Below, in pieces: positions 28,476 through 38,521 of a DNA stretch of 64,000 nt (within the stretch, counting starts at the first letter, position 1; the number at the start of each line of letters is the position of its first letter). Origin of the DNA: Promethearchaeota archaeon (GTDB lineage Archaea; Asgardarchaeota; Lokiarchaeia; Sigyniarchaeales; SOKP01); contig JBHLLU010000011.1 in assembly GCA_048938895.1 (NCBI GenBank), positions 30,265 through 94,264 of the forward strand. Direction: 5' to 3'. The position numbers and the translations under genes were made by a program. The notes beneath the pieces are model-generated. The model was not told where the DNA came from. It was given only the letters and a program-made list of their open reading frames with translations, and did no database searches.

Positions 28476-29948
28476 TTGACTAAAACCTATTCTGAAATTA
28501 ATGAAAAAATTAAAAATGGTAATGCTGTGGTATTAACAGCTGAGGAAATGGTTAAATACGTAGAAGAGAATGGAGTAAAAGTTGCTGCAGAAGAGATTGA
28601 TGTTGTAACAACAGGAACCTTTGGTCCTATGTGTTCCAGTGGTGCATTTTTGAATTTTGGGCATTCAGATCCTCCTATTAAATTTGAACACTTGTGGTTA
28701 AATGATGTACACGCCTATCATGGTAATGCGGCTGTTGATTGCTATATTGGCTGTACTAGGTTATCAGATGTAAAGCGTTTTGAATATGGTGGTGCTCATG
28801 TGATTGAGGATCTTGTTGCTGGAAGATCCATACGATTAAGAGGAAATTCTTATACAACTGACTGTTATCCTCTCGCAGAAGTAGATACAGAATTTACTAT
28901 AAACGAAATTAATCAGGCAATTTTATGTAACCCACGAAATGCATATCAAAGATATGTCTGTGCTGTGAATAGCTCTGATAAAACAATGTATACTTATATG
29001 GGAAAATTATTACCTCATTTTGGGAATGCTCATTATGCAGGAGCAGGATGCTTAAGTCCATTAAGTAACGATCCTGATTATGAAACAATAGGGATTGGGA
29101 CTAGAATTTTCTTAGGTGGAGGAATTGGATATATAATTGGTGAAGGCACCCAACACAGCCCATCTAGTCAATTTGGAACTTTATTCGTCAAGGGAGATCT
29201 AAAACAGATGTCTGCTGAATACTTACGGGGTGTATCTTATGAAAATTACGGTACATCTTTATTTGTAGGACTTGGAATACCTATCCCAATTTTAAATGAA
29301 GGGTTAGCTCAAAAAACCGCTATTAGTGATGAAGAACTTTTTACAGATGTGGTAGATTATGGAATACCAAGAAGGGATCGTCCAAAATTAAAACAGATTA
29401 GCTATAAAGAATTAAAGAGTGATTATATAGAATTGGAGGGAAAAAAAGTAAGGTGTTCATCATTATCTTCATTATATTATTCTCGTAAAATAGCAAACAC
29501 CCTTAAAAAGTGGATAGAGGATGGAAAATTTTATTTAAATCCACCTGCTGAAACATTACCTACAGATACAATCTTTAGGCCAATGAAACAAAGCATAAAG
29601 TTGAAATTCGTAAAGGATCTAAAGAAAAAAGCTGAAATTTGTTATGAAGATTGTGATATAAAAGAGGTTGCTCAAAAAATCATCAGGGAGAATGTAAACC
29701 ACATCGTAATAACCGACAAAGAAAATAACCTAAAAGGAATTGTCACCAGTTTTGATATTACTAAAGCAATTGCAAATGAAAAAAATGATTTAAGTTCCAT
29801 TGTCACTAAGCGTGTAATCACTACATTTAATGATGAACCAATAGGGAATGCTGCTAGAAAAATGAAACAGAATAATATTTCTGCATTACCTGTTATTGAT
29901 AAAAATAGAAAAGTTGTTGGAATAATTACATCGGAGGAGTTGATGTAA
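28476..29948 (+). CDS. Homocysteine biosynthesis protein, COG1900 (DUF39) domain + two CBS domains
   Basis: The N-terminus EINEKIKNGNAVVLTAEE...VDVVTTGTFGPMCSSGAF...GGGIGYIIGEGTQH is typical of COG1900. The C-terminus has tandem CBS (VITDKENNLKGIVTSFDI, ALPVIDKNRKVVGIITSEEL). TTG start with GGTGG 5 nt upstream. Confidence 0.8.
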   Translation: MTKTYSEINEKIKNGNAVVLTAEEMVKYVEENGVKVAAEEIDVVTTGTFGPMCSSGAFLNFGHSDPPIKFEHLWLNDVHAYHGNAAVDCYIGCTRLSDVKRFEYGGAHVIEDLVAGRSIRLRGNSYTTDCYPLAEVDTEFTINEINQAILCNPRNAYQRYVCAVNSSDKTMYTYMGKLLPHFGNAHYAGAGCLSPLSNDPDYETIGIGTRIFLGGGIGYIIGEGTQHSPSSQFGTLFVKGDLKQMSAEYLRGVSYENYGTSLFVGLGIPIPILNEGLAQKTAISDEELFTDVVDYGIPRRDRPKLKQISYKELKSDYIELEGKKVRCSSLSSLYYSRKIANTLKKWIEDGKFYLNPPAETLPTDTIFRPMKQSIKLKFVKDLKKKAEICYEDCDIKEVAQKIIRENVNHIVITDKENNLKGIVTSFDITKAIANEKNDLSSIVTKRVITTFNDEPIGNAARKMKQNNISALPVIDKNRKVVGIITSEELM

Positions 29949-29950
29949 AA

Positions 29951-30346
29951 ATGACAATAATTAATATTTCTATTCCCTTCGGATTGGTTAAGGATATTGA
30001 TGATTATTCGAAAGTGGTTAATGATATTTTGAAACATGATATCACTTTTAATATCCTAAAGTTTTCTACTGGCTCAGTGGGAATAAATTTATTGCTGGAT
30101 ATACCTGAAGAAAAAGTAAAAACAATAACTGAGTCATTGATAAAGAGTAATATTATTGTAAACAAAAAAGGAAGAGTAATTGTAGACATTGAAAGATGTA
30201 TAGACTGTGGTGCATGTATATCTCTATGTCCTACAGATGCTTTACATTTCAATGGTGAAGAGAGATTGGAATTCTCCTATGAAAAATGTATTGGTTGTTT
30301 ATTATGCATAGATTCATGTCCAAGGTATGCAATTGAAGAAATGTAA
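29951..30346 (+). CDS. NIL-domain + 2x[4Fe-4S] ferredoxin (partner of COG1900 protein)
   Basis: The N-terminal ~70 aa is NIL-like. C-terminal CIDCGACISLCP and CIGCLLCIDSCP. Starts 3 nt after the upstream stop. Confidence 0.75.
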   Translation: MTIINISIPFGLVKDIDDYSKVVNDILKHDITFNILKFSTGSVGINLLLDIPEEKVKTITESLIKSNIIVNKKGRVIVDIERCIDCGACISLCPTDALHFNGEERLEFSYEKCIGCLLCIDSCPRYAIEEM

Positions 30347-30353
30347 ATCTAAA

Positions 30354-31502
30354 TCAAGATTTTTTGTTTAATGGGAGATGGACATAAAAAGTGGTTCCTT
30401 CTTTTTTTGTAGATTGAAAATCTACATGTCCTCCCAGATATCGTTCTGTAAGCAACTTCACACTATATGTTCCTATTCCTCTTCCTGGTCCTTTAGTCGA
30501 GAAGGATCTTTGAAAGATCTGACTTTTTACACTTTCTGTCATAACACCAGAATTTTCAACCCTAAAAGTTATTTTTTGATTTGTAATTCTAGTCCCTATT
30601 TTTACGGTTTCACCAGGTTTACTAGCCTCCAATGCATTTTCAATTAGATTTATCAGAATTCGAGATAAAAGGCTAGAATCTGTTTGAAACATAACTGATG
30701 TAGAATTATTGTCAAGTTCAACTAATTTATCTTTAATGATATCCTTCGAATTCATAAGATCTATAGTTGATTGTAAAATATCTAAAGAATAATGGTTTTT
30801 AAGGTCTATTATGAGTTCGCTGTTTTCAGCCGCTATCAGATCCCTTTGAGTTAAAAACTCTTCAACCATAATATGAATAGATTTCTTTATTCGACTGAAG
30901 TATTCGTTTTGAGTTGAATTTAAACCTTCTATGGGAAAAAGCTCAATTAAACCTTTTACAACTGTTAATAAATTTATTAAATCATGTAGAAAAGTCTTCT
31001 CTAATAGTTCTCGACGCTTTAGATTGCTAATATCTGAGAGGAAAACCATTACAAATACTTTATTCATTAAATTGAATGGCTGGGCTATGATATTCAAATC
31101 AAATGAAATTAAATTTCCCTTGAAGTTAGATGTAATACGACTCTCACAACTTATTCTCTTATTCGTTTTCAAGCTCTCAAGTACCGCATTTACAGCACCA
31201 CAATATCGACAAGCTTGACCAGTACCACATCCATGGATAAAATCTTTTGAATGAATGCAATTAAATATTTCTCCTGGTCTTGAACCCATTGCCTCTTCAA
31301 TATTTTTAATACCTAACATCTGAATAATTTTTTGATTTAAAAACACCGCTTGGCGCTCTTCATTAACAATAAGTACCATATTCGGTATCATATTGAGAAT
31401 CTCTTCAAAATTGGTATTAAAAATTTCTTTTATTTCCTCTCTAATTTCTTCAAGACTCTTACGTTTTGCAGGAGCATAATAAGTATCTAGTTCTTTCTTC
31501 AT
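30354..31502 (-). CDS. Sensor histidine kinase (PAS-like, Cys-rich sensor + HisKA/HATPase)
   Basis: H-box FLHDLINLLTVVKG. N box LINLIENALEAS. G boxes STKGPGRGIGTYSVKL. N-terminal region with C-x9-C-x5-C-x2-C. Confidence 0.8.
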   Translation of the reverse strand: MKKELDTYYAPAKRKSLEEIREEIKEIFNTNFEEILNMIPNMVLIVNEERQAVFLNQKIIQMLGIKNIEEAMGSRPGEIFNCIHSKDFIHGCGTGQACRYCGAVNAVLESLKTNKRISCESRITSNFKGNLISFDLNIIAQPFNLMNKVFVMVFLSDISNLKRRELLEKTFLHDLINLLTVVKGLIELFPIEGLNSTQNEYFSRIKKSIHIMVEEFLTQRDLIAAENSELIIDLKNHYSLDILQSTIDLMNSKDIIKDKLVELDNNSTSVMFQTDSSLLSRILINLIENALEASKPGETVKIGTRITNQKITFRVENSGVMTESVKSQIFQRSFSTKGPGRGIGTYSVKLLTERYLGGHVDFQSTKKEGTTFYVHLPLNKKS

Positions 31503-31658
31503 AAATCATAAATGTAGAGGAAGAACTTTTTTTTAAGTTTTTAGTTATAATATGTTTGAATAATTTATTGGAATTACATGTAATAAGTTGCAAAATGGCA
31601 AAAGATTTTTAATTCAAGAGACTTTGATACTTTAAATTACAATTAACATTGAATTTTT

Positions 31659-32156
31659 ATGAAAATTAGAACTAATCTTTGGATCTTGTATTTTATTGGT
31701 GCAATATTAATATTGGTTTCAATTTTAACTCCAACCAGTTATAATGATTCAGGTTTTCCAACATATTATGTTTGGATGATGCAAATTGGTGTTGATGTTG
31801 ATCCAGAAGCAATTTATCTTCTTAGAACAGATATACCACTTGTTATTTTTTCCACGATACTTGCTATAGTTATTTTCTCTAGTTCTTTAATAGCGATTAC
31901 ACTTGCTAGTACATATATTCGTGCTTCACTTAATTATAAGAAACTTAGATGGAAAATGATAATACTTGCGTGTACTGTAATAATATCGACTTTATGGTGG
32001 ATTTTAATGATGGAATTTTTTTATAATGATGCTGGTTATAATCATTGGAGCTTTACTGGGGGAGGTTATAAACCATTTCTAGGAGTGATTGGTCCTTTTA
32101 TTGGAGCAGTATTAATGATTATAGGGTCTTTTTGGAGAAGAGAGCATGGAGAGTGA
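31659..32156 (+). CDS. Hypothetical membrane protein (4 TM)
   Basis: Four hydrophobic segments. No family recognised. Confidence 0.45.
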   Translation: MKIRTNLWILYFIGAILILVSILTPTSYNDSGFPTYYVWMMQIGVDVDPEAIYLLRTDIPLVIFSTILAIVIFSSSLIAITLASTYIRASLNYKKLRWKMIILACTVIISTLWWILMMEFFYNDAGYNHWSFTGGGYKPFLGVIGPFIGAVLMIIGSFWRREHGE

Positions 32157-32204
32157 ATTTTCTATTCAACTTTATTTTCCTTTTATTTTTAAATATATTG
32201 ATCA

Positions 32205-33215
32205 TTAATCCTTTGTTATTATTTCGAAAATCTCATCTAATCTTGGAGTTTTTCTACGAAGTGTGATACATCGTTCCTCTTCACATCCTCTTAAAATCGC
32301 GATTAACTCATTTAGGTGAATAGTAGGAATGTCTAATTTTTTTCCATACCATTTATGCATTTTTTCTCGATATTCAGGTTTTGAGAGGGTATATAAGCAA
32401 GTTGGGCATGGTGTTACTAAAAAATCAGCACCCACAGTCTCAGCACTACTTAATTTATTAAATGTAATTTTCAATGCTTCTTTAGGATTAATCAGCAATT
32501 GGGATGCTCCCCAACCGCAACAGCTTTCTTTTTCTTGATAATCAACAGGATTTCCACCAAAAAGTCTAATTAAATTGTCAAGTTTAGTTTTGTCCTTTAA
32601 ATAGGGTTCTACACTTCTCTTATCTCTCAATAAATTTAAGTAATGGCACCCATAGTGAATTGCAACTTTTAAATCTTTTAAATCAAATTTTAATGAATTG
32701 ATTAACTCCGTTCTTATTAAATAAAGGAAATCTAAATCATGAACAAAACGTACCCTTGGATTTTCTAATATTTCATATGTTGTTGAATTATTATTTCCAA
32801 ATTTTTCTTTTAACCTATTCAAGATTTCATTAGTTTTTTTCAATACTTCTTGGTTTTTTAGAAATTCACGACCTCTTAAGAGAGAGTTATAACAACCATT
32901 ACAACTAAAAAATACTATGTCGGCTTGTTGGTTAAGTTCATAAAGGTTCCTTTCATTAATAGCGCTAAATTGAGCACGAGTAATCAAATTTCTTTGGAAA
33001 AAGGTCCCACTACAACAGGATTGATTAATACACATATTAACATCTAGATTTAACTCAAATAATAAATCTTCAATGCCATAGCGGACTCCCGGGAAATATT
33101 TTTCCAAACAGGCTTTAAAAAGACAGAGTTTCTTGTCCCTAAAAAAATCTAAAGGATATTCTGGAAAATCTTTCTCAATTTCATCCAAATCTAAGGACAG
33201 ATTGCTTTTTATCAT
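32205..33215 (-). CDS. HdrB-like protein with two CCG domains
   Basis: Two Cys-rich CCG-type modules: CCSGTFF...CNGCYNSL and CCGWGASQ...PCPTCLYTL. Confidence 0.65.
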   Translation of the reverse strand: MIKSNLSLDLDEIEKDFPEYPLDFFRDKKLCLFKACLEKYFPGVRYGIEDLLFELNLDVNMCINQSCCSGTFFQRNLITRAQFSAINERNLYELNQQADIVFFSCNGCYNSLLRGREFLKNQEVLKKTNEILNRLKEKFGNNNSTTYEILENPRVRFVHDLDFLYLIRTELINSLKFDLKDLKVAIHYGCHYLNLLRDKRSVEPYLKDKTKLDNLIRLFGGNPVDYQEKESCCGWGASQLLINPKEALKITFNKLSSAETVGADFLVTPCPTCLYTLSKPEYREKMHKWYGKKLDIPTIHLNELIAILRGCEEERCITLRRKTPRLDEIFEIITKD

Positions 33216-33226
33216 ATCTTTTAATC

Positions 33227-33784
33227 TTAATTATTTTTTTTCTTCTTTTTATTTTTATTAGCATTACTTATATGAGTACGTGAAGCACGAAAAACATATT
33301 TTATACGCGCAAAGCCACAGATTTCATTTAGTTCATCAATTCTTTCTTTTGGAAGCAATTCTCCCAAAGGTTCTTCAACGACCACTCCTGTTGTCAAAAA
33401 TCGTTCTGACATTTCAACGTATTTTCTTAAATCGTTATATCGTGGTCCAAATCCTTTTTTAAAACTTTCATTCCGTAAATTTATTATTAACAATGGGATA
33501 TTTATATTGTCCTTTGGACAGATTCTACGGCAATGACCACATAAGTAACAAAACCATATATCAGAGTCTTTTAAAACGCTTTTATCTCCACGTAAAACTT
33601 TTCCGATAATTTTTCTTATATTAAAATTCGAGATTTTAGCAGCAGGACAAGATCCTACACATTTTCCACAAGAGATACATTGTATTATATTTTTATTATC
33701 TTCGACGTCATCTATGAGCTCATTATAGAAATCCCAGTTCCAATCTGAATCAGTGTATTCATCCATTTTCCTATTATTAGACAA
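33227..33784 (-). CDS. HdrC-like 4Fe-4S dicluster protein
   Basis: CISCGKCVGSCP and CYLCGHCRRICP. Lies 11 nt upstream of the HdrB-like gene on the same strand. Confidence 0.65.
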   Translation of the reverse strand: MSNNRKMDEYTDSDWNWDFYNELIDDVEDNKNIIQCISCGKCVGSCPAAKISNFNIRKIIGKVLRGDKSVLKDSDIWFCYLCGHCRRICPKDNINIPLLIINLRNESFKKGFGPRYNDLRKYVEMSERFLTTGVVVEEPLGELLPKERIDELNEICGFARIKYVFRASRTHISNANKNKKKKKNN

Positions 33785-33992
33785 TTTGGTATTTCTTATA
33801 AAAATAAGGATTTTTAGTCATAAAAAGAATTGTAAATCAATTAATAAAAATAAATTTAGAGTGAATTTATTAAAGTCAATTAATATTATATCTAAGAAAA
33901 ACATAAGTATTTTTCAGATGAATTAATAGAATCCGATAAGTAAAGATTCTATTCATTGAATTCAATAAAAAAAATAATGCGGAGATTTTTCA

Positions 33993-34685
33993 ATGGTTCA
34001 AATTAAGGATGGTAATATTTATTTAAAAATTGTATACTATGGTATGGGCGGATGCGGAAAGACCACTATACTTGAGACTCTCTATCAGCTTACTAAGGAT
34101 GGTAAAAAAGAAATAGTTCCTGTAAGTGATTTACAAAAAATTGACAGAACAAGTGGAGCTACCTTATATTTCGATAGAGGTATTTTTCAGTCAACAAAAA
34201 AACAGAAGATCTACTATCGAGTCTATACAGTAGCAGGTCAAAAATCTTTTTCTACACTCCGAAATAAAGTTGTAAATAAGCTTGATGCCCAAACTGATTC
34301 GGTTATTTTTGTTGTCGATTCTCAAATTAAATTTTTTGAGGATAATATCGAGTTCTTATTAGAGTTAAAAAATGTGACAAATAATAGGCTTATCAAAGAA
34401 ATCCCGTTTATAATTATGCTGAATAAGCAAGACCTCACAGATGTTATTGATGAAAATGATTTTATTTCAATTTTGAAACAGGAGGATCTCTGGTATGATC
34501 CTAAACATGAATTGTATATCTGGAATCCTTTAATTTATAAAACTTGTGCCTTATTTAAAAAAGAAAAAGATATTTATCGTAGTTTTTACGAGATTGCCCG
34601 GAGATCTGGTTTGTATCATATATATGGAGAAGGTAGAGCCCCGATTGAAAAAAAATTTTCAGATCCTTCGCTTTTAACTAAATAA
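33993..34685 (+). CDS. MglA/Arf-like small GTPase
   Basis: KIVYYGMGGCGKTT (G1), YTVAGQKSF (G3), DSVIFVVDSQ and IIMLNKQDL (G4) parallel the MglA pattern. Confidence 0.75.
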   Translation: MVQIKDGNIYLKIVYYGMGGCGKTTILETLYQLTKDGKKEIVPVSDLQKIDRTSGATLYFDRGIFQSTKKQKIYYRVYTVAGQKSFSTLRNKVVNKLDAQTDSVIFVVDSQIKFFEDNIEFLLELKNVTNNRLIKEIPFIIMLNKQDLTDVIDENDFISILKQEDLWYDPKHELYIWNPLIYKTCALFKKEKDIYRSFYEIARRSGLYHIYGEGRAPIEKKFSDPSLLTK

Positions 34686-34728
34686 TTCAATTCATTTCAT
34701 TAAAACAATAAATAAAAATAAAATTGGT

Positions 34729-35481
34729 TTATTCACTTTTGGTAAAAATCTGTGACATCCACCGAGGTAAAAGAAAGCCTCCGTAGAATTCAATAGCGCT
34801 TAATATCAGTAATACGCGAACCACTACGACCATTATTGCTAAGAGAGGGTCTGTTGGGTCCTCAAAAATGGTTCCTAATAATGAATCCAATATAGCAGCT
34901 ATAGTGAAAGTTATAAAAGCTGCACGAAGTAATTTTCCTTTAAGCCTTACTTCTCGATCATCTGATTTAACTGATTTTTGAGCGAAACTTACCCCCGTTA
35001 TAGACATTACTACTATCACCACTAATAAGTAGATAGTAATAAAAACACCAAATTCAACAGTAAAAGGTCTATTAGGATTAATAATCCCAATTAAGTCCAT
35101 ATCAATAAAAAACAGACAAAAAAATATGATTTCAAACAGAATTGAGAGTAGAATTGTAATTAGAAGCACTTTTTTCTGTGCCTTCCGTTTAATCATGTCT
35201 GTATAGGCTGTTAACCATGTTAGAAGAGCAATAGGAATAAACACATTTCCAATAATAAAATACCATCCTACATGTAGTGATTCTTGTATAATGAGATTCA
35301 TCAGGAATGAAATTGAATCAGGCATCCACGGATTTGCTACACCTATCCATGAGATTCCGACTAAAATAAATAATCGGTTCTTATGTTCAAAATACTTTGA
35401 TAGTATTGTTATCCCTATTATTAAAGAAATAATTACAAATATTAGAGAAAAACTTCCTTGAAGTACATCAACTAATTGCAT
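34729..35481 (-). CDS. Hypothetical polytopic membrane protein (about 7 TM)
   Basis: Seven hydrophobic segments across 250 aa. No family recognised. Confidence 0.5.
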   Translation of the reverse strand: MQLVDVLQGSFSLIFVIISLIIGITILSKYFEHKNRLFILVGISWIGVANPWMPDSISFLMNLIIQESLHVGWYFIIGNVFIPIALLTWLTAYTDMIKRKAQKKVLLITILLSILFEIIFFCLFFIDMDLIGIINPNRPFTVEFGVFITIYLLVVIVVMSITGVSFAQKSVKSDDREVRLKGKLLRAAFITFTIAAILDSLLGTIFEDPTDPLLAIMVVVVRVLLILSAIEFYGGFLLPRWMSQIFTKSE

Positions 35482-35588
35482 TTATATTCCTCGTTTTAAG
35501 TTTTTAATTTATAATAATGCTATAAAATTAGATTTCACGATATTTATATCTTTATCTTCTTTAAATTGATGATTTTTTTGAAAAACTT

Positions 35589-36692
35589 CTATATGATTTC
35601 ATAACGTATTGTAGAAGGGCTTTTTATATCCTCTGTCAATAGCTTTAAATGAGTTAAATATTCATTTAAAGAAATTTCTTGGTTTTGATATCTTTTGGTT
35701 AGTTTATCGATAATAAAGTAGGGTTTGAATTTTATAAATCGCACATCTGAAAAAAGATACACAAATCCTTTAGTTTCAAATATAAATTGTTTTTCTAAAA
35801 GCTCGTTTAATAACTCTTGTCTGTTGTTTAACATACTTAAACAATCATTTACTGAAAGTCTACCATCTCTTAGTGCTTTTATCAGCAAAAATACATCCTT
35901 ATCTAATAAGACCGTTTGTATTATAACTCTATTATCAAGATCAGAAATAATATCATAGTTAAAATAAAAATTTTCTATGGTATCTTTATATTTTTTTATA
36001 AAATTTGCATCGCTTCTATCTAATGGAAGATTCTGTGGCGGAATTCTCGTACAAACTAGATCATTAATCAAAAAATAACACTCTCTACTTCCTGGTATAT
36101 TTTTTGTCACCAATAAATTCTCTCGAATAAATGATATAAGTATTAAATCTATGTTCACTGTTGAAAACCCATATTCCTGTCTTAATTTATTTGTAAGATT
36201 TGTTTTAGAGATTACACCGTCTCTAAGAATTTGTAAGATTGTATTTTTTATTTTATCTTGGAAAAATGTTTTTAAATTTTCCTCTTCATCTAATTTAGAA
36301 TAATTTTTTATTGTTGTATATGCTTCAGATACAGCTCTTGTAATTTTATTAGTGTTAATTAATTCTACCAGATTTTTACTCATAATGGCTAAGATATCTG
36401 GAGAGTCCTTGCCCAGATGGTCTTTCTCAACCAGATCTTCTAAATTATATACTAATATCAAGAAATAAATTTCCCCTTCAAATTCTTGGATAATCGATAT
36501 AAATTTGTTATTTCCTCCTTCAGGAGTAAATTCAATCATTGTATTCTCTTTATCTAATTCGTGTTTCGCCCATACTTTTAAAAAAATTTCCTTTGAAGGA
36601 AATGGCTTTTCAGGAGGATATTGAATTATAGGTTCAGGTCCTGTCTGACGATTCCAGTGGACAATTATAATTCTTTCCATATCAATACGCAA
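35589..36692 (-). CDS. Hypothetical protein: N-terminal alpha/beta (longin/roadblock-like?) region + two winged-helix-like segments
   Basis: The N-terminal IIIVHWNRQTGPEPIIQYP...FISIIQEFEGEIYFLILVYN has an alternating beta pattern. Later ILQILRDGVISKTNLTNKL...LLVTKNIPGSRECYFL and LIKALRDGRLSVNDCLSML...FIFETKGFVYLF look wHTH-like. This is fold-level guesswork. Confidence 0.4.
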   Translation of the reverse strand: MRIDMERIIIVHWNRQTGPEPIIQYPPEKPFPSKEIFLKVWAKHELDKENTMIEFTPEGGNNKFISIIQEFEGEIYFLILVYNLEDLVEKDHLGKDSPDILAIMSKNLVELINTNKITRAVSEAYTTIKNYSKLDEEENLKTFFQDKIKNTILQILRDGVISKTNLTNKLRQEYGFSTVNIDLILISFIRENLLVTKNIPGSRECYFLINDLVCTRIPPQNLPLDRSDANFIKKYKDTIENFYFNYDIISDLDNRVIIQTVLLDKDVFLLIKALRDGRLSVNDCLSMLNNRQELLNELLEKQFIFETKGFVYLFSDVRFIKFKPYFIIDKLTKRYQNQEISLNEYLTHLKLLTEDIKSPSTIRYEII

Positions 36693-36885
36693 TTTGAATT
36701 ATATGATAGATAATACATAGGTTATTCTTTTAAATATACACCTTGTTCTTAAAAGAATTTCGATTTTGTATTCAATTTAATTTTTCCAAGATATTCAGAT
36801 AGTTAATAATAAATTTACAAATTAATAGAAATGAGTTCAAATAAGAATTAGTTGAATCTAGAGAATAAAGAAAATTCAAATTCAG

Positions 36886-37143
36886 TTAAAAAAACTCTGG
36901 AAATGAACGTTCGAGTTTATTTAATGTAATCGTTAATAAATTTAGTAATTGTTCACTGTTATTTTCCTTAATATTTCCAATTACGTTATCCAAAATTTTA
37001 TTTCCCATAGTGATATCCTCCTTTGTATAGCAGTGCCGAAGTTGTTTATGTTTAAACAAACAAGAGAACTCTTCTACCACCCATTCCAATTCTGCCTTGG
37101 CATTATCTTCTAATACTTTTTCAAAATCTTCAGTTATATACAA
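36886..37143 (-). CDS. Hypothetical small protein
   Basis: An 85-aa ORF with balanced, non-low-complexity composition. No family recognised. Confidence 0.35.
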   Translation of the reverse strand: MYITEDFEKVLEDNAKAELEWVVEEFSCLFKHKQLRHCYTKEDITMGNKILDNVIGNIKENNSEQLLNLLTITLNKLERSFPEFF

Positions 37144-37346
37144 GTTGTATCACTATTTATATTCACAATAATTTTTTCTTATACCTTTAAGCAAAAAATA
37201 GTCTCCAGATATATAAAATTTCTGTGACCATAAATTTTTTATATTATTATAACGAACAAAAATTTTATCACACAAATTGTGAAAATTTTAATCCAAAATT
37301 TTAAATGAAAGAATTAGTCTCAAAAAAGGAAATAAAATAGAATACG

Positions 37347-37520
37347 TTAATTATCTCTAAAATGATATCTTGCTATGATCTTACCAAATTGGTAAAGGGC
37401 ATTTGTATTATTCTGTTGGATTGCATCTTTCACTTCCTTGTAGAACTCAGCCAAGTTTAAATTTTGCAATTCTTTTTGAATAACATAGACTTCTTGAGAT
37501 GGTTTTTCTTTTTCATTCAT
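37347..37520 (-). CDS. Possible small ORF (57 aa) below the ORF-track cutoff
   Basis: Hand translation: MNEKEKPSQEVYVIQKELQNLNLAEFYKEVKDAIQQNNTNALYQFGKIIARYHFRDN*. It is on the same strand as its flanking genes. No family recognised. Confidence 0.25.
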   Translation of the reverse strand: MNEKEKPSQEVYVIQKELQNLNLAEFYKEVKDAIQQNNTNALYQFGKIIARYHFRDN

Positions 37521-37591
37521 ACCCTAAAATATTAAAATAAATGTAAAAAAAAAGAATATTATCAAGATAATACAATACTGATTTTCTGGTT

Positions 37592-38431
37592 CTATTCCGT
37601 TATCTTTTCCCTTTTTTTATTAAGATATCTTGCTGTGAAGAAATACGCAACAACCATTAAGGCAAGAACAGCTAGTACAATTAATAAAACCCAATTAAAA
37701 ACTTCTGCTTGAGACCTCATTGCTGCCACATCATCAGTATTTATAGGGGGACGAAATCCTAGCAATACTCCTAAAACAGAGTAGAAAAATGCGCGAAATA
37801 TGGAACCTATTAATGTACCAATTGAATATCTTTTATAATCAATATCTACTAAGCCAGAAGCATACGAAATAACGTCAAAAGAGATAAAAGGAATTAGTCT
37901 TGAAACAATAATAGCTTTTATGCCATACTTTTTAATCAAATCATCAGCCATATCAATTGCTTTTTCACCGATAAATTTTTTTGCTAGAGGTCTCCCACCT
38001 CTTCTACTCACATAAAAGCATAATAATCCCGCAGCCATAGAACCAATAATACCCATAATTCCTCCGATTAGCCACCCCCAAATAATTCCTGATGCGAGTA
38101 ATACAACTTCTGAGGGAATTGGAACTAATAATCCTTGAAGGGCCATAATTGCGATAAAGAGAAATATCCCGATAAAGCCTAATCTATAAATTGGATTTAC
38201 AAACCATTCTGCAATGAGTACATAAATAAATGTTTTATCAACAAAGTAATTATAATAAAGTAGGAAAACAGATATTACAATTAGAATTATAAAGATAATA
38301 ATATAAATGATTGTTTTAGCATCAATCTGAGAAAAATCGATAAGGTTTTTCAAGTATTTCTTTAATTTTATTGTAAATGATTCTTTTGATTGGCTATTAT
38401 TTTCAGTTTCATTTGTTTCCATTGTAATCAA
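37592..38431 (-). CDS. DedA / TVP38-TMEM64 (SNARE-associated) family membrane protein
   Basis: VPIPSEVVLLASGIIWGWLIGGIMGIIGSMAAGLLCFYVSRRGGRPL is the characteristic re-entrant/TM core of the family. Confidence 0.7.
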   Translation of the reverse strand: MITMETNETENNSQSKESFTIKLKKYLKNLIDFSQIDAKTIIYIIIFIILIVISVFLLYYNYFVDKTFIYVLIAEWFVNPIYRLGFIGIFLFIAIMALQGLLVPIPSEVVLLASGIIWGWLIGGIMGIIGSMAAGLLCFYVSRRGGRPLAKKFIGEKAIDMADDLIKKYGIKAIIVSRLIPFISFDVISYASGLVDIDYKRYSIGTLIGSIFRAFFYSVLGVLLGFRPPINTDDVAAMRSQAEVFNWVLLIVLAVLALMVVAYFFTARYLNKKREKITE

Positions 38432-38521
38432 AAAGATGAGTAAATATTAAGTAATATAAGTAATTTAAATTTCTATAAAAATTATTTTTTTATTCTATAT
38501 ATTAAAATAACTTTCGTTAAA

